This document shows positions 52,292 through 60,319 of a DNA stretch of 64,000 bases, piece after piece. Source of the stretch: an uncultured Candidatus Saccharibacteria bacterium (GTDB lineage: Bacteria > Patescibacteriota > Minisyncoccia > Phycocordibacterales > UBA9973). The position numbers and the translations under genes were made by a program. How positions within the stretch are numbered: position 1 is the first letter of the stretch; every line of letters starts with the position of its first letter. The DNA is taken from the NCBI GenBank assembly GCA_964505155.1, contig CAZDGL010000003.1, forward strand, positions 5,728 through 69,727, given 5' to 3'. The notes below the pieces were generated by a model that was not told the origin of the DNA, did not search any database, and worked only from the letters and a program-made list of their open reading frames with translations.

Positions 52292-53302
52292 ATGGAAAAT
52301 GCATTAAGCAGATTCATTAAAAATCGTAATATTTCCCCTGAAATCCTTCAAAGAAAAGCTGTTTTAAAAGTTAGAAACGGTGCATCGTTTCCGTTAAACT
52401 ATCTTCGAACTTTGCTCAAAAATGAAAATGCGGGTATTTCCCTTTCAAACATCGACCGACTTGATAAGGCATACAATCTTACCAAAGAAGAAAAAGAAGA
52501 TTTGCAAAGAATGGTTAAAAAAAGCGTTGGGGGCAAGGGGAGGCCTAAGTTTTCAGAAGGAGAATCAGAAGAAAGAAAGAGGGAGAAACAGGTCTTTAGG
52601 GCTGTTCGTGAACATCAATATACTCTTTCACAGTGTAAAGATGTGAGAAGGTTAATTGCTGAACTTAGACAAAAAGCTATTGAGTTTAAACTACTTCTCT
52701 GTGTTAACTGGAAACAACATGCGGAGGTCAATAAGCTTTCAAACCATGAAACACTCCATGCTTTCATTAAGGCCCACCAAAAAAACCGCACAGAAGCAGC
52801 AAACATCCAGCTTAACCTTCTGGGAATCCTTTGTAAGCTCATGATTTTTGTCGAAGAAGGTTTAAAGAATGAGATTGAAATTTTTGGAAGTATTCCTTCT
52901 GTATTTATGACCCTTGATGCTGATGGAATTAGAAAACAGACACAGGAGGTAGTAAGACATGGTGAGGAGAAACTTTTCTCACTAATGAACAAAGACGTCT
53001 CAGCCGCCCAACAGCACTACATGCAATGGATCAATGTGGAAGCAAAGAATAATAGTGGAATTGTTGATATAACGAAGTATCAACCACCCACAGATATTCT
53101 TAGATTTAATGCATGGCTTGGGTGTTTAACTTTTGAAGACCTTGCGTATTGTAAAACAGATATGTCTTTCTTTGGGGGAGGGGGTATGGCCAAGGAAACC
53201 TTAGCTTTTTATGGTGTCGAGGAAGTTATTACGATTATCGAAAAATCTGTAAACAAAAGGATTGCTGACCTTACTTCAGTAAAAAAAGCCTTATTTATAT
53301 AA
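52292..53302 (+). CDS. Hypothetical protein with N-terminal HTH (XRE-like) region and ~230-aa C-terminal domain of unknown function
   Basis: N-terminus ...ISPEILQRKAVLKVRNGASFPLNYLRTLLKNENAGISLSNIDRLDKAYNLTKEE resembles a Cro/C1-type HTH. ATG at 52292; the track start at 52283 is TTG. Confidence 0.5.
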   Translation: MENALSRFIKNRNISPEILQRKAVLKVRNGASFPLNYLRTLLKNENAGISLSNIDRLDKAYNLTKEEKEDLQRMVKKSVGGKGRPKFSEGESEERKREKQVFRAVREHQYTLSQCKDVRRLIAELRQKAIEFKLLLCVNWKQHAEVNKLSNHETLHAFIKAHQKNRTEAANIQLNLLGILCKLMIFVEEGLKNEIEIFGSIPSVFMTLDADGIRKQTQEVVRHGEEKLFSLMNKDVSAAQQHYMQWINVEAKNNSGIVDITKYQPPTDILRFNAWLGCLTFEDLAYCKTDMSFFGGGGMAKETLAFYGVEEVITIIEKSVNKRIADLTSVKKALFI

Positions 53303-53313
53303 GGCTTTTTTCT
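53284..53313 (+). terminator. Rho-independent terminator overlapping the stop of gene 52292-53302
   Basis: 9-bp stem aagccttat/ataaggctt with ttat loop, then ttttttc. Confidence 0.6.
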
Positions 53314-53344
53314 TTTCTTCATTTTTCTGCTACTATAGAGCTCT

Positions 53345-54346
53345 ATGTCACTATCTATCGGTATCGTCGGGCTCCCTAATGTCGGCAAATCTACGCTTTT
53401 TAATGCACTCACCAAAAAAGGGGTTCCAGCAGAGAACTATCCTTTTTGTACTATCGATCCGTCTGTCGGTATTGTTCCTGTGCCAGATGAGAGACTCTAT
53501 AAGCTTGCAGAATTTTCCAAAACTCAAAGTACTATCCCAGCTGTTATCGAGTTTGTAGACATCGCTGGTCTTGTCGCTGGAGCAAGCAAGGGTGAAGGTT
53601 TGGGCAATAAATTCCTCTCCAACATTCGTGAGACTGATGCCATACTTCATATGGTGCGAGTATTTGAAGACAAGGATGTCATTCACGTGGCCAACAAAGT
53701 CGACCCGCTCTTTGATATCAGTGTCATCAACATGGAGCTTATCCTCTCTGATCTTGAAACAGTTAACAAAAGATTGGAGACAAATGCCAAAGACCAAAAG
53801 CGTGGAGTCAAAGAAGCTATCATTTTGCACGAGGCACTAGAGAAGATAAAGAGGGCACTAGAAAATGAAGTCATGGCTTCAAGTGTTGTCCTAGAAGACG
53901 CAGAGAAGCCATTAGTCGCACAGCTGAACCTTCTGACTATGAAGCCTATGCTTTATGCTCTCAACACTTCGTCAGCCACAGAGAATAAGGTTGCTGGAGT
54001 AGTTAGCGAGCTTCCAGGACCATATATAGAGATAGATCCTGTTTTTGAAACTGGCTTTGATGACATGATCCGGGCTTGTTACAAACTTCTAAACCTTGAG
54101 ACTTATTTTACAACTGGAGAAAAAGAAACCCGTGCCTGGACTATCAAGGCTGGAAGTACTGCCCCTGTCGCCGGAACTGCTATTCACACCGACTTCAAAG
54201 ACAAATTCATCCGTGCTGAGGTTGTATTTTGGAAAGATCTACTTGATACTGGTAGCTACGCCGAAGCCCGCTCCAAAGGCCTTGTACGGATAGAAGGGAA
54301 GGAATACATAGTAAAAGACGGCGACGTTATTGAATTCAGAATATAA
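53345..54346 (+). CDS. ychF: Ribosome-binding ATPase YchF (Obg-family GTPase)
   Basis: [20 protein letters not shown]1 motif, DIAGLV G3 motif, C-terminal TGS domain ([23 protein letters not shown]). Confidence 0.9.
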   Translation: MSLSIGIVGLPNVGKSTLFNALTKKGVPAENYPFCTIDPSVGIVPVPDERLYKLAEFSKTQSTIPAVIEFVDIAGLVAGASKGEGLGNKFLSNIRETDAILHMVRVFEDKDVIHVANKVDPLFDISVINMELILSDLETVNKRLETNAKDQKRGVKEAIILHEALEKIKRALENEVMASSVVLEDAEKPLVAQLNLLTMKPMLYALNTSSATENKVAGVVSELPGPYIEIDPVFETGFDDMIRACYKLLNLETYFTTGEKETRAWTIKAGSTAPVAGTAIHTDFKDKFIRAEVVFWKDLLDTGSYAEARSKGLVRIEGKEYIVKDGDVIEFRI

Positions 54347-54480
54347 CCTCTAAGTATAAAAAGGAGATGCCTGCCCCGTTGGAAGCGATTAGCTTTCCTG
54401 CGGGGTTATAGAATTTAGAATATAGACTTGACTTTTTAGGTAAAAGGTGCTATACTTAATTACGAACTAAATCAATACAT

Positions 54481-54699
54481 ATGAAAAAGAAGACCATATT
54501 TTTCTGGATGTTTTATACTCTGGTGGTAATGGCTCTGATTTATCTAACAAAAGGCTTCTCCTTTCCTTCGGGCGGTGATACTGCACAAGGAGGATTCCAG
54601 CTTATTTGTTGGACTGCAACTTTTTCTCCTGTGATTTTAAAATTGTTTATTAGTCCAATTGCCAAGTTTTTGGCACAAAGGAATCAAAAAAGAGTATAA
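54481..54699 (+). CDS. Small membrane protein, hypothetical
   Basis: 72 aa with two hydrophobic segments; followed by a strong terminator. Confidence 0.4.
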   Translation: MKKKTIFFWMFYTLVVMALIYLTKGFSFPSGGDTAQGGFQLICWTATFSPVILKLFISPIAKFLAQRNQKRV

Positions 54700-54700
54700 A

Positions 54701-54748
54701 ATAAAAATCCCCGCCAACTTGTGGCGGGGATTGTTTTTTTATTTTTTT
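54701..54748. terminator. Bidirectional intrinsic terminator between convergent genes
   Basis: 9-bp GC-rich stem tccccgcca/tggcgggga (54708-54730) flanked by an A-run upstream and ttgtttttttattttttt downstream. Confidence 0.7.
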
Positions 54749-55251
54749 AACTGTTCTATCTCTTTTTGAAGTTGAGTCAGGATGGTTTGGATAGCAGCGA
54801 TAGCGTTGGCTTCTTTGGTCTCTACTTTCAAGTCTTGATCGCTATCTTCTTCAATCTCCTCAATGTCTTCTTGGATCTCATCCACATCCTTTTGGATCTC
54901 ATCGACGTCTTTTTCGATCTCTTCCACACCTTCTTCAATCTCCTCAATATCTTCTTGGATTTCCTCCACGTCTTCCTGAATGATTTCGATGTCTTTGGTG
55001 TTTTTGTTGACTGACATTTGAATGAAGATAGCTAGGTATATAGCCTCGAGAGATAGTAGGGTAGTCAAGACAAGTAAAACTCTCTCAAGACTTATACCAA
55101 AGAGTGGCAGACTAAAAGCTCCCAGAAACAAAATAGTGTGAACTATCAGACTACGAGTAGAGCCTATCCAGCGTGTAGCTTTGTCAGCAGTTTTTTCTAG
55201 TTTTATTTTGTTGCGCTTAAATTGCTCCTCCATGTCCTTGTTGTACCACAA
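54739..55251 (-). CDS. Membrane protein with two TM helices and a cytoplasmic acidic tandem-repeat tail (E/D/I/Q-rich)
   Basis: Hydrophobic helices (LIVHTILFLGAFSLPLFGI; VLLVLTTLLSLEAIYLAIFI), then repeats of DVEEIQEDIEEIEEG / DVDEIQKDVDEIQEDIEEIEED encoded by a periodic 15/18-nt DNA repeat at ~54835-54990. Confidence 0.55.
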   Translation of the reverse strand: MWYNKDMEEQFKRNKIKLEKTADKATRWIGSTRSLIVHTILFLGAFSLPLFGISLERVLLVLTTLLSLEAIYLAIFIQMSVNKNTKDIEIIQEDVEEIQEDIEEIEEGVEEIEKDVDEIQKDVDEIQEDIEEIEEDSDQDLKVETKEANAIAAIQTILTQLQKEIEQLKK

Positions 55252-55270
55252 AAATTATATTTTAAGCAAG

Positions 55271-55319
55271 AAAAAACCCCCATAAAGATACTTATTTTAA
55301 AATAAGTATCTTTATGGGG
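55271..55319 (-). terminator. Rho-independent terminator for gene 55328-55759 (-)
   Basis: Perfect 21-bp inverted repeat ccccataaagatacttatttt/aaaataagtatctttatgggg (55277-55319) followed on the minus strand by TTTTTT. Confidence 0.7.
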
Positions 55320-55327
55320 TATGTTAA

Positions 55328-55759
55328 TTAACCCATCTTTTCTTTTAGTTTTTGAAGAGCAGATAGATTTCCGAGTGTTGCAGGTGTGGAATCATCGATA
55401 TATCTAACAGCGACATCCGTACCTTTGCGCCTTTTTAAGTCGTAAAGAGTAGTTTTGGTTTTACGTCTCCACACTTCATCAAATCCGTAATAGGGATCTT
55501 TGTAAACCTCTTCCGCGATTTGGACTGCTTTTTGAAGTTCATCCTCAGAAAGAGGAACTTCCTCAAGTTTCCATTCACGGCGCATACGCCAGAATTCTCT
55601 TTGATCAAGGAGCAGGTCAGGATTTTTTTCTGTTCCTTTCCAGGTTCGATGGTTCATTTCTTTGTCTGTGAAAAAGACCACAGGCGGTTCTTCAGCAAGC
55701 ATTACTTTTACGCAGTAACCATTATTGGTCACAAGCATAGACACTGATTTGATTTCCAT
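55328..55759 (-). CDS. Hypothetical protein (143 aa)
   Basis: ATG start, charged W/R-rich sequence, own terminator. Confidence 0.5.
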   Translation of the reverse strand: MEIKSVSMLVTNNGYCVKVMLAEEPPVVFFTDKEMNHRTWKGTEKNPDLLLDQREFWRMRREWKLEEVPLSEDELQKAVQIAEEVYKDPYYGFDEVWRRKTKTTLYDLKRRKGTDVAVRYIDDSTPATLGNLSALQKLKEKMG

Positions 55760-55923
55760 ATTTAATGAGCATTTTGGTTAAGAAAAATACAATTCTCAGA
55801 CTACGAGGGAGCTAAGCGCTGTATTTTTCTTAACCTTTTATTTATTATAGCATTTATAAGTATAAAAGTCAAGGTTTATATAACTTGCTCAAAATGGGCC
55901 TCTCTGGTATAGTATTCGGACCT

Positions 55924-56082
55924 ATGGCACAAGATAACCTAGTAAAACTCGTAAATAAAGAAACAGGAGAGACTTATTGGTCTACCAAAAACCGCAAAAA
56001 GCTCGCGGGTATTAAGCTTGAATTCAAGAAATACTCTCGTAAACTTCGAAAGGTTGTATCTTTCAAGGAGTCAAAGAAATAA
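55924..56082 (+). CDS. rpmG: 50S ribosomal protein L33
   Basis: MAQDNLVKLVNKETGETYWSTKNRKKLAGIKLEFKKYSRKLRKVVSFKESKK fits the L33 pattern (KL.S..TG.FY.T.KN.r....KLE.kKydp...khv.fkE.K). Upstream in-frame TTG (55885) and ATG (55894) alternatives exist. Confidence 0.7.
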   Translation: MAQDNLVKLVNKETGETYWSTKNRKKLAGIKLEFKKYSRKLRKVVSFKESKK

Positions 56083-56134
56083 AATAAAAAAAGTAGCAAA
56101 TAGCTACTTTTTTTGTTATAGTTTTCTAGTTCTA

Positions 56135-56205
56135 GGGCGATTAGTTTAGTGGTAGAACGAAGGTCTCCAAAACCTTTGGTGTGGGTCCGATTCCTACATC
56201 GCCCG
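56135..56205 (+). tRNA. tRNA-Trp (anticodon CCA)
   Basis: GGGCGATTAGTTTAGTGGTAGAACGAAGGTCTCCAAAACCTTTGGTGTGGGTCCGATTCCTACATCGCCCG: 7-bp acceptor, anticodon stem AAGGT/ACCTT with loop CTCCAAA, T-loop TCCGATT. Follows rpmG, a common rpmG-tRNA-Trp arrangement. Confidence 0.85.
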
Positions 56206-56209
56206 CAGT

Positions 56210-57091
56210 TTATTTCGCATATTTTTTAAACCAAGTTCTTTGGCGTTTGACGTATTGCCAGCTATCTTTTTGTATATTTTCTATCATTATCTCTTTTGAA
56301 ATTTTGTTTTGTAAAAATAGAGCAAGGTATTTATATTCAAGTCCAAGTGACTCGAGTCGTTCCCAAGACACTCCTTCCGTGTGTAGTCTTTCTACTTCTT
56401 CTACCATACCCATATCTAATCTTTTTATTAGTCTGTCATGAATACGTTTTTTTAGTACATCATCTGGTAGGTCTAAATAATGCCAGTCTATATCATACTC
56501 AGGATTTTTTGTTAGTTCCGGTACAGTTCCAAGTTCTGTGGCTATTTCTATAGCACGGATAAGACGAACTTTGTTTTTTTTATCAACGAGATCAAAGCGT
56601 CGTGGATCGAGAGTTTCTAATCTTTGTTGTAAATCCTCCAAAGAAAGTTCTTGAAGTTCTGTACGAAGTTTAGGGTTTGGTGGAACGGCAGGGAAGATGG
56701 TACCGCAAACAACAGCGTCTATATATAGTCCTGTACCACCACAAATGATCGGTGTATGCCCTCGAGCAATAATCTCATCAATAGTCTTGGTCGCAAGGCT
56801 TTGGTACTGTGTGACCGATAAGACGTCTTTTGGATCAGCTACATTGAGTAAATGGTGGGGGATGCCATGCATTTCTTCGGTAGTGATTTTGCCACTTCCT
56901 ATATCAAGACCTTTGTATACTTGTCGCGAGTCAGCAGAAATAACTTCGCCTAAAACTTCTCTTTGAGAAGTTCGGCCGACCACGCTGTTTGCGTGGTTTA
57001 GGTCACCAAGATTCTTGGCAAGTTCTACGGCATAATCACTTTTGCCTGTAGCAGTCGGCCCACAAACGACTATTATTTTTTGCTTTTTCAT
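56210..57091 (-). CDS. miaA: tRNA dimethylallyltransferase
   Basis: N-terminal P-loop IIVVCGPTATGKSD; conserved MiaA core (DSRQVYKGLDIGSGKIT); 293 aa. Confidence 0.85.
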   Translation of the reverse strand: MKKQKIIVVCGPTATGKSDYAVELAKNLGDLNHANSVVGRTSQREVLGEVISADSRQVYKGLDIGSGKITTEEMHGIPHHLLNVADPKDVLSVTQYQSLATKTIDEIIARGHTPIICGGTGLYIDAVVCGTIFPAVPPNPKLRTELQELSLEDLQQRLETLDPRRFDLVDKKNKVRLIRAIEIATELGTVPELTKNPEYDIDWHYLDLPDDVLKKRIHDRLIKRLDMGMVEEVERLHTEGVSWERLESLGLEYKYLALFLQNKISKEIMIENIQKDSWQYVKRQRTWFKKYAK

Positions 57092-57095
57092 TTTG

Positions 57096-57176
57096 TGCCC
57101 GAGGAGAGACTTGAACTCTCACCCCTTACGAGACTCGATTTTGAGTCGAGCGCGTCTACCATTCCGCCACTCGGGC
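57096..57176 (-). tRNA. tRNA-Leu (anticodon CAA), type II with long variable arm
   Basis: Reverse complement GCCCGAGTGGCGGAATGGTAGACGCGCTCGACTCAAAATCGAGTCTCGTAAGGGGTGAGAGTTCAAGTCTCTCCTCGGGCA: acceptor GCCCGAG/CTCGGGC, anticodon stem CTCGA/TCGAG with loop CTCAAAA, 13-nt variable arm, T-stem GAGAG/CTCTC. Confidence 0.85.
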
Positions 57177-57182
57177 TTTTAA

Positions 57183-57197
57183 CCCGCCTTGGGCGGG
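57183..57197. repeat. GC-rich palindromic hairpin CCCGCC-TTG-GGCGGG (core 13-mer CCGCCTTGGGCGG), copy 2, 7 nt upstream of the tRNA-Leu 5' end
   Basis: Identical 13-mer to 24635-24647. On the + strand it is followed by aatttctttatttt. Confidence 0.6.
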
Positions 57198-57254
57198 AAT
57201 TTCTTTATTTTACATGGTTTCTCAGGGAAGTAAATATAAGAAATAAATACTTAC

Positions 57255-57282
57255 TTGACAATATTTGTCAAAGGTGTATACT
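57255..57282 (+). promoter_or_regulatory. Sigma70-type promoter TTGACA-16-TATACT inside a palindrome TTGACAATATTTGTCAA (possible divergent promoter pair)
   Basis: ttgaca at 57255-57260, tatact at 57277-57282. The palindrome places a TTGACA on the minus strand as well, oriented toward tRNA-Leu/miaA. Confidence 0.5.
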
Positions 57283-57288
57283 AAGAGT

Positions 57289-57700
57289 AAGAATAAATAA
57301 GTTCTTACTTCGTAGTGAATATGTAGCTACGGAATATACAAATCAAAAAAACAAAGAAGATGAAAAAACAACGATCTGCGGAATCTCCGCCTGGCTCAAC
57401 AGCCAACATCTTTTCCGGCCACAGCGCCAAAAATATTAATTTTTATTTTCCTGTTTCCGGAATGAACCCGGTAATTTCCTGCTGATCCGCCAGCTGGCCC
57501 GGGGCTACAAATCCAACATAGGAATGTAGACCTCGGGGCCGAAGCCGGAATATTTCAAGAATCGAGCCGTATATTTACCCTGCTCAATAAGTTAGAGGGT
57601 GGCTCAAAAAAATCTGCCCATGTCGTGGCAGGCAAGATTGTGCCGGACTATCCGGTAAAAAGAGAAAGCCCCAACAAATGTTGGGGCTTATTTTATTTTT
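57289..57700 (+). ncRNA. Candidate ~400-nt transcript with an anomalously GC-rich (~50%+) structured core, ending in a strong terminator just upstream of parB (unidentified ncRNA, leader, or decayed foreign gene fragment)
   Basis: Promoter at 57255. Perfect 8-bp hairpin agtaagaa/ttcttact at ~57286-57309, then multiple GC hairpins (ccgg-aatgaac-ccgg; ctgcc..ggcag; ccgga-cta-tccgg). Contains only a 41-codon ATG ORF (57360-57485). GC content contrasts sharply with the flanks. Confidence 0.3.
57666..57700 (+). terminator. Rho-independent terminator
   Basis: Stem aagcccc-aa/tt-ggggctt (about 9 bp) followed by ttattttatttttt; 28 nt upstream of the parB start. Confidence 0.7.
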
Positions 57701-57727
57701 TATACAAAAAAGTTTTTATGTTATCAT

Positions 57728-58774
57728 ATGTTCATGTCAAACCTTTATTCAAATTCTATTTTCTTTATCGATACGGACAAGATTTTTCCCAACCCATATC
57801 AACCTCGTCGAGAATTTGAAGAAGGTCCACTTAAAGATTTGTCAGAGTCTATTCGTCAATACGGAGTGTTACAACCTTTGACAGTCTCTCGTGTAGAAAA
57901 AGAAACTCCAGAGGGAGGACTCAAGACAGAATACGAACTCATTGCCGGAGAGCGACGATTGCGCGCTGCCAAGTTGGCAGGTATACCACAAGTGCCGGTG
58001 ATTATCCGTGTCGGAGATGATCCGATGATGAAGCTTGAGCTGGCGATCATCGAAAACGTTCAGCGCGAAGATCTCAATCCTGTAGAGCGAGCCAGAAGCT
58101 TTGCGCGTTTGGTAGAGGAGTTCAAGCTTACTCACACCCAGATAGGTCAAAAGGTAGGTAAGAGTCGTGAATATGTTTCAAACTCTTTGCGTATCTTGGC
58201 GATGCCGGCAGAGCTACTCGATGCTCTTTCAGCTGGCAAGATAAATGAAGGTCACACCAGACCACTTCTCATGCTCTCTAGTCGCCCAGAAGAGCAGATG
58301 ACGCTTTTCAAGGAGATAGTTTATCGCAAGATTTCAGTGCGTGAGGCGGAACGTATAGCTCGCAGAATAGCTGTAGAGAAGTCTCGCAAAAAGGAACTCC
58401 TGCCGACACCTGAGCTGATGGAGATAGAAAAGCAGTTGGCTGAGAAGCTCGGTACTCGCGTACATATCCAAAAGAGTGAAGTCGGAGGCAAAATCACGAT
58501 AGATTATTTCTCTGATGAAGATTTAGGTGTGATAGTCGATGTTCTTGGCAAGGCTGAGGCTGGTAGAAGTAGTGCTGAGTCTTTCCAATCCATGATAGCG
58601 AGCAAGGAAGGAGGCGAGACTGTAGCTAGAGACGACCTAGCAGATAAAAACGAAGACAAGGTAGCTGAAGAAAAGCTTGAAGTAGAAATGCTCGACGATA
58701 GAGACCCACAAGAGAAAAAAGAATCAGAACAAGACGTAGACGATCTCTACAATATCAAAAACTTCTCTCTCTAA
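57728..58774 (+). CDS. parB: Chromosome partitioning protein ParB/Spo0J
   Basis: ParB box region YELIAGERRLRAAKLAGIPQVPVIIR and HTH (QIGQKVGKSREYVSNSLRIL); acidic C-terminal tail. Confidence 0.85.
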   Translation: MFMSNLYSNSIFFIDTDKIFPNPYQPRREFEEGPLKDLSESIRQYGVLQPLTVSRVEKETPEGGLKTEYELIAGERRLRAAKLAGIPQVPVIIRVGDDPMMKLELAIIENVQREDLNPVERARSFARLVEEFKLTHTQIGQKVGKSREYVSNSLRILAMPAELLDALSAGKINEGHTRPLLMLSSRPEEQMTLFKEIVYRKISVREAERIARRIAVEKSRKKELLPTPELMEIEKQLAEKLGTRVHIQKSEVGGKITIDYFSDEDLGVIVDVLGKAEAGRSSAESFQSMIASKEGGETVARDDLADKNEDKVAEEKLEVEMLDDRDPQEKKESEQDVDDLYNIKNFSL

Positions 58775-60222
58775 AATTTTTCTTGGTTTTCTAGGAAGCC
58801 TCTGATCTTTCTTTTGGCGAAGCTACTTTTGGCATGATCCAACCATTTGCTAGTTGGATGAGAGTTTTTGCTAGTTGTTACCTCTACAATGTCGCCATTT
58901 TTGAGCTTGGTATCTATGCTAACCATTTTTTTGTTGACCTTGGCTGCGCTTAGATGTCCGCCAATGTCTGAGTGGATAGCATAAGCAAAATCTATAGGAC
59001 TTGAGTCTTCTGGTAAGTCTACGACATCACCTTTTGGTGTGAAGACAAATATCCGGTGGGTAAAAAAGTCGAGTTTGAGCTCGTTCATATCGTCAATACT
59101 TTTTACCATACTTGAGAGCTCTTTGAGCTGGCTCAGCCAAGACTGTTGTTCACTTGGTTTTAACTTTTTTTCTGCGGAATTTTGTTTATAAACTAAGTGT
59201 GAGGCGATACCCAACTCAGCATCATCGTGCATTTCTTTGGTTCTTATTTGAATTTCGACTATACCGTCATTTGTAATAACTGTCGTGTGAAGAGATCTAT
59301 AGCCATTTGGTTTAGGAACAGCTATCCAGTCTTTGATGCGACCTTGTACAGGTTTCCATTCCATATGCATCAAACCAAGCACTTGGTAACAATCAGGGAT
59401 ATTTTCAACCAATATTCTAAGAGCGACGATGTCATGAATCTTTTCTCTATTCATTTCATACTTAACAAGTTTTCTATACAAACTATAGGTGTGTTTAACT
59501 CTTGCTTCAACAGAGCCTTTGATACCAAAAGAATCAAGTATTTCTACAACTTGGTTTTTTACTTTTGTAACAACCTTGGTTGCCTCGGGCACCATTTGAT
59601 TCATTAGCTCTATCGTTTCTTCGCACTCTTTTGGATAAGCGAAAGGGAAGGCATAGTCTTCGAGAAGGCCTTTGAGTTTACCCATACCGAGACGTCCTGC
59701 AAGAGGTGCATAGACTTCTATGGTCTCTATAGCGATGCGTTTTTGTTTGTCCTCTCTCACATGTTCTAGGGTTTGAACATTGTGAAGTCTGTCAGCTAGT
59801 TTGATGATCAGTACGCGCACGTCTTCTGCTAGTGCGATAAAAAACTTACGCATACTTTCTACGTGGCGCTCTACGCCTTGATATTTTAGAGTTCCTAATT
59901 TTGTTACTCCTTCAACCAAAAACACTACGTCATCTCCAAATATTTCTCTGATTTCTTCTGCGCTAGCTTCTGTGTCTTCTAAGGTATCGTGAAGCAAGGC
60001 TCCAGCGATAGTAACAGCGTCAGCACCCAAGTTAGCGCAGTTTTTGGCAACTTCTACAGCGTGGTAAAAGTAGGGTTCGCCACTATTTCGCTTTTGCCCA
60101 TCGTGAGCATTTTGGGCAAAGTTGTAAGCTTCTTCTATCAAAGCCCTTTCGCTATCAGAGAGCTCTTGTTGTGAGCTTTGGTATATTTCTTCTAGAGAGG
60201 CTTTACTTTCCATGTTGTCCAT
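58771..60222 (-). CDS. rel: Short RelA/SpoT-family (p)ppGpp synthetase/hydrolase (HD, synthetase and TGS domains; no ACT domain)
   Basis: HD motif HDTLEDT, synthetase motif YRSLHTTVITNDGIVEIQIRTKEMH, TGS-like IFVFTPKGDVVDLPEDSSPIDFAYAIHSDIG; 483 aa. Confidence 0.85.
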   Translation of the reverse strand: MDNMESKASLEEIYQSSQQELSDSERALIEEAYNFAQNAHDGQKRNSGEPYFYHAVEVAKNCANLGADAVTIAGALLHDTLEDTEASAEEIREIFGDDVVFLVEGVTKLGTLKYQGVERHVESMRKFFIALAEDVRVLIIKLADRLHNVQTLEHVREDKQKRIAIETIEVYAPLAGRLGMGKLKGLLEDYAFPFAYPKECEETIELMNQMVPEATKVVTKVKNQVVEILDSFGIKGSVEARVKHTYSLYRKLVKYEMNREKIHDIVALRILVENIPDCYQVLGLMHMEWKPVQGRIKDWIAVPKPNGYRSLHTTVITNDGIVEIQIRTKEMHDDAELGIASHLVYKQNSAEKKLKPSEQQSWLSQLKELSSMVKSIDDMNELKLDFFTHRIFVFTPKGDVVDLPEDSSPIDFAYAIHSDIGGHLSAAKVNKKMVSIDTKLKNGDIVEVTTSKNSHPTSKWLDHAKSSFAKRKIRGFLENQEKF

Positions 60223-60319
60223 TATACAGTACCATTAGTTGTAACTAAGTTAAGCGGTGAAAATAATGTCCTCAACGTCCACACCGTTTAGCAAACCCTC
60301 CTGGTTCTCCAGGCGGGTT

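Noticed and set aside
54350-54410. Imperfect long hairpin (ccccg...cgggg) after ychF as a terminator
   Set aside because: The stem is interrupted and not followed by a T-run; too weak to annotate.
57080-57439. 119-aa plus-strand ORF overlapping tRNA-Leu and the GC-rich segment
   Set aside because: Runs straight through a canonical tRNA gene on the opposite strand and across a promoter; the sequence is not protein-like.
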